Shown here: in pieces, positions 21,027 to 31,300 of the stretch
How the letters are laid out: every line of letters begins with the position of its first letter
How positions within the stretch are numbered: position 1 is the stretch's first letter
Assembly: GCA_965208905.1 (NCBI GenBank)
Contig: OZ242365.1
Location: 1,856,001 to 1,920,000 of the forward strand
Origin: Nitrosopumilaceae archaeon
GTDB taxonomy: Archaea; Thermoproteota; Nitrososphaeria; Nitrososphaerales; Nitrosopumilaceae
Reading direction: 5' to 3'
DNA length: 64,000 nucleotides
Notes under the pieces: generated by a model
The model's input: the letters and a program-made list of their open reading frames with translations, nothing else
Database searches by the model: none
Told to the model about the DNA's origin: nothing
Position numbers and translations under genes: made by a program

Positions 21027-22384
21027 CTCTCCTCCTTTAGAACATCGCATAGTATATTCATTCCGTCTGTAACTCTGTCAGTACCAGCAGATATGCGAAC
21101 AAACTCTGGATAGTGACCAAAACCAACTCCCGGAGCCAATGCCAGACCCCTATCCAAACATCGTTCTACCAAGTCAATCCCCTGTATTCCATCTGCCCGA
21201 CCAAATATATACATGGCTCCATCCGGCCTCATAAACTCCAAGTTTGCCTCACTGGCCATCTTGCACATGGTATCAAGCCGTCTCTGTATAGTTTGAACAT
21301 TGTGTGTAGTATCATGGTTCAATGATTTAAGAGCTGCGTACTGAATAAAGTCTGGCACATTAGTGAGGCAGAGTGCCGCAATACGACTCATACTGTGTAT
21401 TATATCTGGATGCGCAACACCATAACCTATTCGAAACCCCATCATGGCGTGCGACTTTGAAAACGACTGTGTGACTATGCTCTTTTTATACCCGTACTCT
21501 AGTATGCTCTTTGATGGTATACTGGAGTACTCGCTGTATATCTCATCACTGAGTATGTACATGTCATTCTCCTTGGCATGTTGCACAATCTGGTTTATGA
21601 TGCTTGGTGATAGTACCTTGCCGGTGGGGTTGGATGGATAACAGAGCACAATCATCTTGGTCTGGGGAGTTGTAATCTTTTTAATGTCTTGTATGTCTAA
21701 CTCCCATCTATCTTCAAGTGTTGTATGTATGATATGTGGTTTGGCGCCGCAATGTATGGCTGCCTCCTTGTAGGCGGGCCATGTAGGTTCAGGGATTATA
21801 ATCTCATCGCCCGGCTGTAGTAGTGCGTTTATTGCAGCAAATACAGCAAATCTAGCTCCCGGCGTTATGATCACCTCATCTGACTGTATCGATGTATTGT
21901 ATCTCTGTGATGTATGATCTGCTATGGCTTGCCGGAGTGCTGGCATGCCCGTGGGCAGACCGTACCTCGTGTAACCTTCTTTGAAGCCTTCTACCAGAGC
22001 ATCCCCTGCTATGGGCGGAGGTGCAAAGTCAGGCTCTCCCACCTCCATGTGTATGATATCTCTACCGTTCTGTTCCAACTCCTTGGCCTTTTTGAATATG
22101 AGCAGATGTGTGGGCGTAGGGCTACTCTCCATATATACGGCCTCACTTATCAGGTGGTTCAGAAATCTGGCAGCGATATCTTGATTTAGATTTATGGATT
22201 TGGCCTCATCTAGTATGCGTTGACGCAGTGCAAATTCACGGGCCCCATTCGATATGGATAGCCCTCTTTGATGTTTTATATCTCCAATCTGTCCAGTTAT
22301 GTCACTACGTCTCTTTAAGAGGTGTATCATCTGTAATGTTATATCATCAATACTTTTTCGTAGAGTATCAAGAGAATCAGTCAT
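21014..22384 (-). CDS. Chorismate mutase / class I-II aminotransferase fusion
   Basis: N-terminal LRKSIDDIT...R...IGDIK, then VGEPDF, PSNPTG, SDEIY and SFSKSHAMMGFRIG. Confidence 0.9.
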   Translation of the reverse strand: MTDSLDTLRKSIDDITLQMIHLLKRRSDITGQIGDIKHQRGLSISNGAREFALRQRILDEAKSINLNQDIAARFLNHLISEAVYMESSPTPTHLLIFKKAKELEQNGRDIIHMEVGEPDFAPPPIAGDALVEGFKEGYTRYGLPTGMPALRQAIADHTSQRYNTSIQSDEVIITPGARFAVFAAINALLQPGDEIIIPEPTWPAYKEAAIHCGAKPHIIHTTLEDRWELDIQDIKKITTPQTKMIVLCYPSNPTGKVLSPSIINQIVQHAKENDMYILSDEIYSEYSSIPSKSILEYGYKKSIVTQSFSKSHAMMGFRIGYGVAHPDIIHSMSRIAALCLTNVPDFIQYAALKSLNHDTTHNVQTIQRRLDTMCKMASEANLEFMRPDGAMYIFGRADGIQGIDLVERCLDRGLALAPGVGFGHYPEFVRISAGTDRVTDGMNILCDVLKEERWRR

Positions 22385-23472
22385 AGTACTGCTCCTATGT
22401 GACCTGTCAGCATGGCGTGATCTGCTAGTACCAAAGATGCCATGGCATCTATAACCGGCGGTGCCCGTGGTACCACACAGGGATCGTGCCTACCTTTAAC
22501 CTGTAACTTGGCAGTCTTCATGGTCTCTGTATTTATGGTGTACTGGGGTTTGGCTATGGATGATGCAGGCTTGAACGCCACACGAAATACTATGGGCATT
22601 CCATTGGATATGCCACCCAATATCCCGCCAGAGTTGTTGGTCGTAGTCTTTATCGTATCATTCTGTATTGTGTATATGTCGTTGTTTTTTGAACCAGTAC
22701 TCTTTGATCCCGCAAAGCCAGAACCAAACTCCACCCCCTTTACAGATGGAATAGAGAACATGGCGGCCGACAAGTCTGACTCTAAGGTGTTGTATATGGG
22801 CTCTCCCAAACCTGGAGGTACATCCGTTGTGACCGACTCTATGATACCTCCTAATGTATCTCCATTACTGCGGGCTTTGATGATGGCATCTCGCATGTCT
22901 GCGGCGGCATTTTGATCTGGGCAACGTGTGTCATTTCCGTATATGATATCATGTGTAATATCATCGGATATGTCTGCCTGTACATCTCCTATGCTTGTGG
23001 TGTACGAGTGAGTCTGTATGCCTAGTGTACTGAATAGTAGTTTACGGGCTATGGCACCTCCCATCACCTGCGTGGCGGTGAGCCTTCCGGAGAATATGCC
23101 TCCACCCCGTGGGTCGTTGTATCCGCCATATCGTACTTTGGCTGTGTAGTCTGAATGTCCTGGTCTTGGCATATTTAACAGGTTGTCATAGTCTGTGGAT
23201 CTGTGGTCCTTGTTGTGGATTATCATTGTTATGGGTGCACCCGTGCTTTTTTGATGATATACGCCTGAGAGTATCTGTACCTTATCTAGTTCTTTTCTCT
23301 GGGTGGTTATGCTGGATTGACCTGGCCGTCTCAAGTCTAACATGGGTTGAATGTCAGACTCATTTAGTGGTAAACCTGCAGGACACCCAGTCAATACTGC
23401 GCCCACACATGTCCCGTGACTTTCACCAAATGTTGACAGCACTAGTTTGTGACCAATTGACGCGCCAATCAT
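22381..23472 (-). CDS. aroC: Chorismate synthase
   Basis: FGESHG, PRPGHSDY and GRHDPCVVPRA. Confidence 0.97.
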   Translation of the reverse strand: MIGASIGHKLVLSTFGESHGTCVGAVLTGCPAGLPLNESDIQPMLDLRRPGQSSITTQRKELDKVQILSGVYHQKSTGAPITMIIHNKDHRSTDYDNLLNMPRPGHSDYTAKVRYGGYNDPRGGGIFSGRLTATQVMGGAIARKLLFSTLGIQTHSYTTSIGDVQADISDDITHDIIYGNDTRCPDQNAAADMRDAIIKARSNGDTLGGIIESVTTDVPPGLGEPIYNTLESDLSAAMFSIPSVKGVEFGSGFAGSKSTGSKNNDIYTIQNDTIKTTTNNSGGILGGISNGMPIVFRVAFKPASSIAKPQYTINTETMKTAKLQVKGRHDPCVVPRAPPVIDAMASLVLADHAMLTGHIGAVL

Positions 23473-23547
23473 ATTATGTGGTTATAGAAAGGCGTAATTA
23501 TATTTTATATCGTGCAGAAGGTGTCAAGAAACGCTGACCTACACGTC

Positions 23548-24030
23548 ATGCCCGCAGGGAGCCCCATCCATGACATAAAGGAGGTGAAAGACGCCGTTGG
23601 GCTGTCAGCTAGAATCATCAGGAGGAGGCTGATGCGTCTAGAGGAGTTGGGGCTGGCAGACTACAAACGTGGAAAATTCACGATAAAAAGCGAGGTTGTA
23701 TCCCAACCGCACCATGTGCTGCGGAGCATCATCCCATCACTGATGTCGCTCAAAAAAGCCAGAAGGTTCGGTAGATATTACAAGCCTACGGATGTTAATT
23801 TTGTAAAGAAAAATCTCCCGGATGGCTCGATCATAACGCTTGACTACAAGGTTCACGAACTAACAGGATTTCAGACACCGCTGGATTTGTATGTCTATGT
23901 TGATGATATAGAAGACATCTCCAGGTTTTTGAAAAGCAATCGGTTTCGGGAGGGGCGAAAGGGCAATGTGGTACTTCTCCCAAAGATCGGCTCCTTTGAT
24001 AATTTAATTGAGAGGGCGTTCCTCGACTGG
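23548..24030 (+). pseudogene. Truncated paralog of the wHTH protein at 26259-26948
   Basis: Near-identical DNA from ~23561 to ctcgactg (24029), where a TIR replaces the 3' end. Confidence 0.88.
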
Positions 24031-24274
24031 GCTGTGATGTTATCTGCGCGTGTTGTATAACACACGCATTACACAGCTGCTACACACTTAGGCTTGCGCC
24101 CAATGCAGTAAATGTTGGTGGTGAACCACCATCCAGAGGAGTATGTGACGATACTACACACCCAGATCTTTACTCGTTTGTACTTTCCCATTGTGGACGA
24201 GTACGTGCCTTACGAACTAATTTGAATGATTCCCAACCAGATACTACGTTCAATCCCATCTATACTTGGTATAT

Positions 24275-24526
24275 TCAAACGCTTCCATACTCCGCCTTCA
24301 ACCTACGGAGATGTCTGTGCGACTCTTTTATACGGTCCTCCACATCAGAAGCCATCATCCTATATTTCACCAACTCGGCGCTCACCTGGTCAATTTCGGC
24401 AGAATCCGTCAGCATCATCTCCCGGCGCGTCAGAGCTTTGCAAAAGTCAAGAAACCCTTCCATTGTTTTTGTGTCGTCCCGTATACTACTCTCCAGTATA
24501 TGTATATCGTCGCTAAATATCGCCAA
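24275..24526 (-). CDS. Coiled-coil ORF B1, +1 frame relative to A1
   Basis: From LAIFSDD onward it aligns with B2 (IR...M...EI...L.K...H..LRRL). Start uncertain. Confidence 0.7.
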   Translation of the reverse strand: MAIFSDDIHILESSIRDDTKTMEGFLDFCKALTRREMMLTDSAEIDQVSAELVKYRMMASDVEDRIKESHRHLRRLKAEYGSV

Positions 24527-24644
24527 TGTCTCTAACTGTCTTGGCGGCGCTCTCTGCTGTCTCTGCCAATTCCGGATTGTTATTCTGTCTGGCAAGCTTG
24601 GCAAGCCTCTCAAACTTTTGCGCCCGTAGTTCATGTTGTCTCAT
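24513..24644 (-). CDS. Small ORF A1 (43 aa, not in the ORF track)
   Basis: Hand translation MRQHELRAQKFERLAKLARQNNNPELAETAESAAKTVRDIGDI*. Homologous to A2 (41427-41594), with TTTATAAA ~25 nt upstream. Confidence 0.75.
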   Translation of the reverse strand: MRQHELRAQKFERLAKLARQNNNPELAETAESAAKTVRDIGDI

Positions 24645-25081
24645 TAATAATATTATATCTCAGCATTTTATAAATATGATGATCTGTGGGTGAACTGTTC
24701 TGTATTGTACACAGCACGTCGTGTATAACGCGTATAGGTACCACATACGACTCTAACCATACGACTCTAGTGTGTAATATGACTGAGTCACCAGACAGGA
24801 CGGTTCAGTTGGGGCGCGTTATACAAGATATTTGTTGGTAGGTTGGCAGTTGTTTCAACCTACCAACGGTGTCTCTAGTCAGGTAGACATTTAGTAGTAA
24901 TAAGCTAGCCATCATATGGATGGCACGGGTCGAGGTGCCTGTCGGTGTGAGGGTTATGCGGGTCGTATTTCGTGGTCGGTAGTTGAGTGGTAATTAAACA
25001 TCACATTCAATACCGACATCTGCGCAGTAGTAGGCTGTCAAACGCGCATTATACGGCACGCGCAGATAACGTCACAGCCCA

Positions 25082-26030
25082 TATGCCATTCGGCAGTTGG
25101 AGAAGGGTCGGGGTACCAAGGTGGTAGCTGAGGAGCTTTGTGTAACTCAGAGGCACATACAGCGTCTGTGGGCCAAATACTGTAAAACCGGCACGATTCA
25201 TGTTCAAGGACATGCAGGACGACCCGCCAGCCCGCCACCATCTGAACAAGAGATAATAACAGTACTGGATGTTCACAGCAAAAGTCTCGAGGGCGTGGTG
25301 CGTACTGCAAAAAGACTGCGCAAGGAGGGACATAATATAAGCCGTAACCGTACATATCATATAATGAAGTCCAAGGGCATGGTGGCAGATTCAACTATAA
25401 AGAATAGGCAACGCAAGTGGGTTAGGTACGAACGTATATACTCGAACGCCATGTGGCACACAGACTGGCACACTATGAAGGATCCGCGCATGAGGGAACT
25501 AAACCTCATAACATATCTGGACGATGCTTCTAGATGCGTCACGGGTGCTGCTCTCTTCAATGAGGCTACCTCCTTTAACGCAGTAGCTGTACTCAGACAG
25601 GCAGTGGATAGGTTCGGCGTGCCAGCGACCATTTTGTCAGACAATGTATAATGCTTCGTAGGTAGAGGAGGTCGCAAGAAACAAACCAGTTCTTGGACCC
25701 CAACCATGTTCGAGAGAGTTACTCGGCCTTAACATAGGACTGATCAACTCACGACCATATCACCCACAAACCAATGGGAAGTTAGAACGATTCCACAGGA
25801 GTTTGGAAGATGAGATTTGGTACTATTCGAGCCTAGATGATTATATCGAGTACTACAACACTGCCCGCCTACATTTCTCGCTTGACATAGACAACTATGA
25901 AACTCCATTAATGGCATTTCACAAAAAGAAGGCAACTGTTGAAACAAGAAGTTAAAACCCTACATGGATGGAGGATGATATTCATGACTGACGACCAAAA
26001 TGTAGCGCGACATGATTTCCGGATAAAACA
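25082..26030 (+). pseudogene. IS481 element, 5'-truncated and degenerate
   Basis: YAIRQLEKGRG..., WHTD and LDDASR, followed by stops and frameshifts after SDN. Right end gcgacatgatttccggataaaaca. Confidence 0.9.
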
Positions 26031-26258
26031 GGATGTTTTTTGCACGAATACCTTTTTGTATTAACAGTGTTCGAGCAGCGTAGATTGTGCTGTACGTTAC
26101 CATGCTTGGCGCGTGGGTAGAATCGAGACGGCCTCTGCTTTCCGATAGCAGAGGACTTCAGATGCATCTAAAGATGGCAGTTTATGATGTGCTATTTTAT
26201 ATATAAATGGAATTTTTTGTCTAAAATATATATAGTCTGCACATACTATTATTATTGC

Positions 26259-26948
26259 ATGAATGAGGATAAGTATGCATCAATGTTGAAAAGTGCAAAG
26301 GATGCAATCAGGTTTGCCCAGGAGCTGTCCCCCAGCCCAATCTATGACATACAGGAGGTGAAAGACGCCGTCGGGCTGTCAGCTAGAACTATCAGGAGGA
26401 GGCTGATGCGTCTAGAGGAGTTGGGGCTGGCAGACTACAAACGTGGAAAATTCACGATAAAAAGCGAGGTTGTATCCCAACCGCACCATGTGCTGCGGAG
26501 CATCATCCCGTCACTGGTATCGCTCAAAAAAGCCAGAAGATTTGGTAGATATTACAAGCCTACAGATATTAATTTTGTAAAGAAAAATCTCCCAGGTGGC
26601 TCGATCATAACGCTTGACTACAGGGTTCACGAACTGACAGGGTTTCAGACACCGCTGGATTTGTATGCTTATGTTGATGATATCGAAGACATCTCCAGGT
26701 TTTTGAAAAGCAATCGGTTTCGGGAGGGGAACAAGGGCAACGTGGTACTTCTCCCAAAGATCGGCTCCTTTGATAATTTAATTGAGAGGGTGTTTCTCGA
26801 CTGCGTGGCGAGCGGCGGGCGAAGTTTTCTGGATGCCGCAGCAATCATGCTGACCCATAAGGACGCGATAAAAACTAGAGTAAGGTTTGCAGGAGACACC
26901 ATATGGAAGGTGCAGGAGGACATGTTGCGAAATGATGCCACTCATTAG
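26259..26948 (+). CDS. wHTH-containing protein, putative AbiEi-like (type IV TA) antitoxin
   Basis: HTH VKDAVGLSARTIRRRLMRLEELGL and C-terminal IERVFLDC. It overlaps a nucleotidyltransferase gene. Confidence 0.6.
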   Translation: MNEDKYASMLKSAKDAIRFAQELSPSPIYDIQEVKDAVGLSARTIRRRLMRLEELGLADYKRGKFTIKSEVVSQPHHVLRSIIPSLVSLKKARRFGRYYKPTDINFVKKNLPGGSIITLDYRVHELTGFQTPLDLYAYVDDIEDISRFLKSNRFREGNKGNVVLLPKIGSFDNLIERVFLDCVASGGRSFLDAAAIMLTHKDAIKTRVRFAGDTIWKVQEDMLRNDATH

Positions 26949-27438
26949 AGAAGCTGTTTGTATTTCCCGGGATTTTGGAACTACTACGTTTGTCGGGGCG
27001 GTTGCAGTCACACTGCATACTGGCGAGCAGCGGCAATCCATGGATTTGGATTTTGCCGTTGCCGAGCAGATAACAAGCGATGAGCTTTTGGACAAGGGAT
27101 ACACAGTCGACCAGTACAGTGGTAAAAAATTTACGCCAAGGGGGTACAAGATTGACGTGTATGAAAAACGAGACTTGAATAATATTCCGCTGAAGTACAT
27201 CATAAAAACGGCAGTGGCAATCCCGGTGGACAAGAAAGGAACCGCAGTCAACGTCATCACATTGGAAGGATTGGTCATTACAAAGTTTAGGGCAGGACGT
27301 GATCAGGACATCGAAGACCTCCGAAGGCTGGCAGTTCGCTGCAGGTCAAAAATTAACTGGAATGAAATCAGGCACCTTGCCAAGTCCGATATGGAATACT
27401 CGCAAATAGAGCAGGCCCTACGCCTTTATGCAGCCTGA
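26932..27438 (+). CDS. Nucleotidyltransferase (AbiEii-like putative toxin)
   Basis: VGAVAV...RQSMDLDF and LVITKFRAGRDQDIEDL. Confidence 0.8.
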   Translation: MMPLIREAVCISRDFGTTTFVGAVAVTLHTGEQRQSMDLDFAVAEQITSDELLDKGYTVDQYSGKKFTPRGYKIDVYEKRDLNNIPLKYIIKTAVAIPVDKKGTAVNVITLEGLVITKFRAGRDQDIEDLRRLAVRCRSKINWNEIRHLAKSDMEYSQIEQALRLYAA

Positions 27439-27507
27439 TAAGTCTTGTCAAGACTGTCTAGTGCAAGGTTGGCATCTGGTGGAAAAACCAAAACGTATTA
27501 GCGTGTA

Positions 27508-27810
27508 CTAGGGAACAACAGGATTCGATAGTCTATCAGGCGAAAGGCGATGCTCATGCGGTTTTTGTCAAAGTCCGATGGTTTCAGTACGGTCAGCCGT
27601 CAGCATTCTGGGGATCTCCTTGCAGCTGGGGATGGCTGCAATCATCGATTCCGGCTCTCCGCCCGTTATGACGCGCGCCATGCAGGTACGGGATAGTGTA
27701 CCTGATCTTAACGTTTCGGTCAGTTGCACCGCGGAGATATTCGAATGTGGGACAAATTCGTCGAACCGGGTCATCGCACCCAAAATCTATCATATCATAT
27801 TGTCCGCTAG
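27508..27810. mobile_element. IS630-derived MITE, copy 2
   Basis: Same TIRs as 2466-2949, with TA on both sides. Confidence 0.85.
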
Positions 27811-28076
27811 TACCCACTCGGAGGTATCGGGGCCGGCAAGCGAACTCCGGTCACCAGCCAGGAACTTTTCCTTTCATCCGTAGACGGTCCGGGGTACAAA
27901 GTTGTGCTCGCGGCACATCTCCGCCATGCTGGTCTGTGGCTTAAAGGTCTGGAGTACGATGCGTATCTTTTCGTCCGTACTCCACCGTGATTTCTTGTCT
28001 GTCATACCCTAGCTGGCCTCCTATCGCTAAAGTGTGCATCGCTGATCGGTCTTATTCCAGCAGGGTCCGCCCCACA
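27811..28076 (-). pseudogene. IS3-family OrfA remnant with probable left end
   Basis: From ATG 28005: MTDKKSRWSTDEKIRIVLQTFKPQTSMAEMCREHNFVPRTVYG*KEKFLAG. It is cut by the MITE, and a TG-starting end lies at 28076. Confidence 0.75.
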
Positions 28077-28312
28077 CATCTTGAAAAGAAATACCATCAA
28101 CGTCATGCAGTGTAACAACCCAACATGATTTTCACATAGATGACTCTCATGATACTGGAGGATGAACTATTTCTAGAAAATATACAGAAACTTATGCACT
28201 CTGCTATGCGAACAGAGATGCGCCTCGGCTTCAACCGTCCCTCCGGGCGGGCACGGTACGGGGTATCGGCGCGCAGCCGGCCATACCGAACCTCCCTCTG
28301 AACATATTCACA

Positions 28313-31300
28313 TTACCCATCCCGTACAAGACCAAGTCCCATCAGTATAGGTACCGGGTTGGAGGGGTCGGTTACATCCACGATACTGGTACCGGTAGGC
28401 AAGAGTGATGTTATCGCATACGTGCGGTCTCCGCTTCTGAACACATCAGTAAAGAGTGTAATGAACCCTGGGAACTCTTCAGGAGTGGTGGAAAGTTCGG
28501 ATTCAGCACCCAATATGTCAGCAAAAAACGTAATGAACTCCGGTACAAATGTGTCCGAGAGATCACCGACAGGCCAGACTAGTGTCTGGTTGGTCGGGTC
28601 GGTGATGTCTATGATGATGTGGACCCCTCCAATTAGGGTTGTTATCATGGCGTATGTGCGGCCTTCACCTTCGAACACATCCATATGATACGGCACAAGC
28701 AAGATATATTGGCCCAACATCCCAACGGTGGCCTCCTGCTGGATGGGGGATGGGTTTGTGGGGTTGGTGATGTTCATGATGTCGATGTTGGTGGCGGATG
28801 CCATTATGGCGTATGTATGATATTCATCTCCGAACACTCCCACATCAAACGGATCAAACAAGAGGCTGCGTAACTCCGAATCATCAAGGACCAGTGAGGT
28901 GGGGGACGATGGGTTTGTGGGATTGGTGATGTCTATGATGTATGCTCCGCCACCAGGCCAGGCGGCCATCATGACATACATGCGATCCCCGACTCCAAAC
29001 ACCTCCATGTCGAGCCGAATGCTCGTATCACCGAGATCCCCCAAGCCGTCAAGGACCGCAGAGATGTGTGTTGGGTTTGCAGGGTTGGTGATGTCTATGA
29101 TGTATGCTCCGCCACCATACAAGGTGGCTACTATCGCGTAGGTGCTGTCCCCGACAACGAACGTTTCTACATCAATCTCTTTGTCTACAGCGCTGAGATC
29201 CGCCACGCCATCAAGGACCACCGAGGTGTGTGTTGGGTTTGCAGGGTTGGTGATATTCATGATCTGGACGCTACCGTCATACGAGGCGGCCACTATCGCG
29301 TAGGTGCGGTCCCCGACCACGAACACCTCTATGTCATGTGAAAAGGACAGGGCGCCGAGCTCCGCTGAATTATCAAAGACCGCAGAGACCGGAACCGGCC
29401 TGGCGGGGTCGGTTATGTCCATAATCTGCGTGGAGTTATCATACAGTGTGGCCACTACTGTGTACGTCCGGTCCCCGACCCCGAACACCGTACTTGCCAG
29501 CTCCGTGCTGTTCGTGGCTCCCAGAATCACATCTGCCAATTCTTGATTCACTCCCGGCTCTACGTCAACCTCTACTGAATCATCAAATACCGTCGATTCC
29601 AGGTTGGCCGGGTCTGTAATATCCATTATCTGCACGCCGTCATCGTTGATGGCGGTCACTATAACGTACGTCCGGTCTCCACTCCCAAACACCTCCACGC
29701 CATTTGCCCCGTCCAAGGCGCCGAGCGCCACCGAACCGTCAAAGGCCGCCGAGACTGGAACCGGGTTGGCCGGGTTGGTGATGTCCATGATCTGAATCGC
29801 CCCATCATCCCAAGCCGCCACTATGGCGTACGTTCGGTTCCCGCTATCGAACACAACCACATCGTTCGCTCCACCCAGAGCATCAAACCCACCCGAACCG
29901 TCAAAGGCCGCCGAGACTGGAACCGGGTTGGCCGGGTTGGTGATGTCCATGATCTGCACACCATCATCGTAGTAGGCGGTCACTATAACATACGTTCGGT
30001 CCCCGCTATCGAACACAGCCATTTCACTCGCCCCAGTCAGAGCATCAAACCCTCCCGAGCCGTCAAAGGCCGCCGAGACTGGAACCGGATTGGCCGGGTT
30101 GGTGATGTCCATGATCTGAATCGCCCCATCATCCCAAGCCGCCACTATGGCGTACGTTCGGTTCCCGCTATCGAACACAACCACATCGTGCGCTCCACCC
30201 AAAGCATCAAACCCTCCCGAGCCGTCAAAGACCACTGAGGTTGGGCTCGGTCCAGATATAATCAGACTCGGCTGCCCGGCATCCAGTAGGGAGTCGCTAG
30301 GCTCACCCACCAATGTCACTTGGATTGTCCGCCGGTTGTTACCGTCACCAAAGACCGAATCTCCTGAGGCGGTTATGGTGACCATATAGGTAGTCTGGTT
30401 GGCGGTTGCCGAGACCATGCTGAGGCGGTTGCTGTCGGTTATGGTGAATCTATGCGAGTCGTCGCCCGGCCCTATCAGATAGATGGGGTTCTGCCTGTCC
30501 AGAATGGAGTTCAGGGCCGATATATCCCCGACTGTGCCGGGGACATCCGACCTGTCGATGTACGTGTTGTCTATCACGATATACCAGTCACCCAAGTTCT
30601 GGTCGAAGGAGGTTGTATTGGCGAACATCTGGAACATGTCTAGTGCCGAGGAGACGTCCCAAGAGGAGATGTCGCTGTTGAAGGAGGTGGCGCCGGAGAA
30701 CATGTTAGACATGTAGTTAACCGAGGAGACATTCCAGTCCCCGATGTCCTGATCGAACCTGTCGGCGCCGTGGAACATGTTGGACATTCCGGTGACCGAG
30801 GAGACATTCCAGGTGTTGAGGGGTTGGTTGAAGGATGCGGCGCCGTGGAACATGTTGGACATTCCGGTGACCGAGGAGACATTCCAGGTGTTGAGGGGTT
30901 GGTTGAAGGATGCGGCGCCGGAGAACATGCTCCACATATAAGTCGCCGAGGAGACGTCCCAAGAGGAGATGTCGCCGTTGAAGGAGGTGGCATCATGGAA
31001 CATGACGCCCATATCGGTCGCCGAGGAGACGTCCCAAGAGGAGATGTCGCCGTTGAAGGAGGTGGCGCCCTCGAACATGCTCCACATATCAGTCACCGAG
31101 GAGACATCCCAGGTGTTGAGGGGTTGGTTGAAGGAGGTGGCATTATGGAACATGGCGCCCATATGGGTCACCGAGGAGACATCCCATTCGTTGAGGGGTT
31201 GGTTGAAGGAGGTGGCATTATGGAACATGGCGCCCATATGGGTCACCGAGGAGACGTCCCATGTGTTGAGGGGTTGGTTGAAGGAGGTGGCCCCTCAAAC

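Larger units (their letters stand above)
24028..25081. mobile_element. Non-autonomous TIR-bounded element (~1.05 kb) carrying a small split gene
   Basis: TIRs tgggctgtgatgttatctgcgcgtg (24028-24052) and cacgcgcagataacgtcacagccca (25057-25081) match at 24/25. Both flanking genes are truncated at the TIRs. Confidence 0.8.

Noticed and set aside
24527-24634. Track N-terminus MNYGRKSLRG... of ORF 24275-24634
   Set aside because: Homology to the paralog in this interval lies in the other frame (ORF A1).
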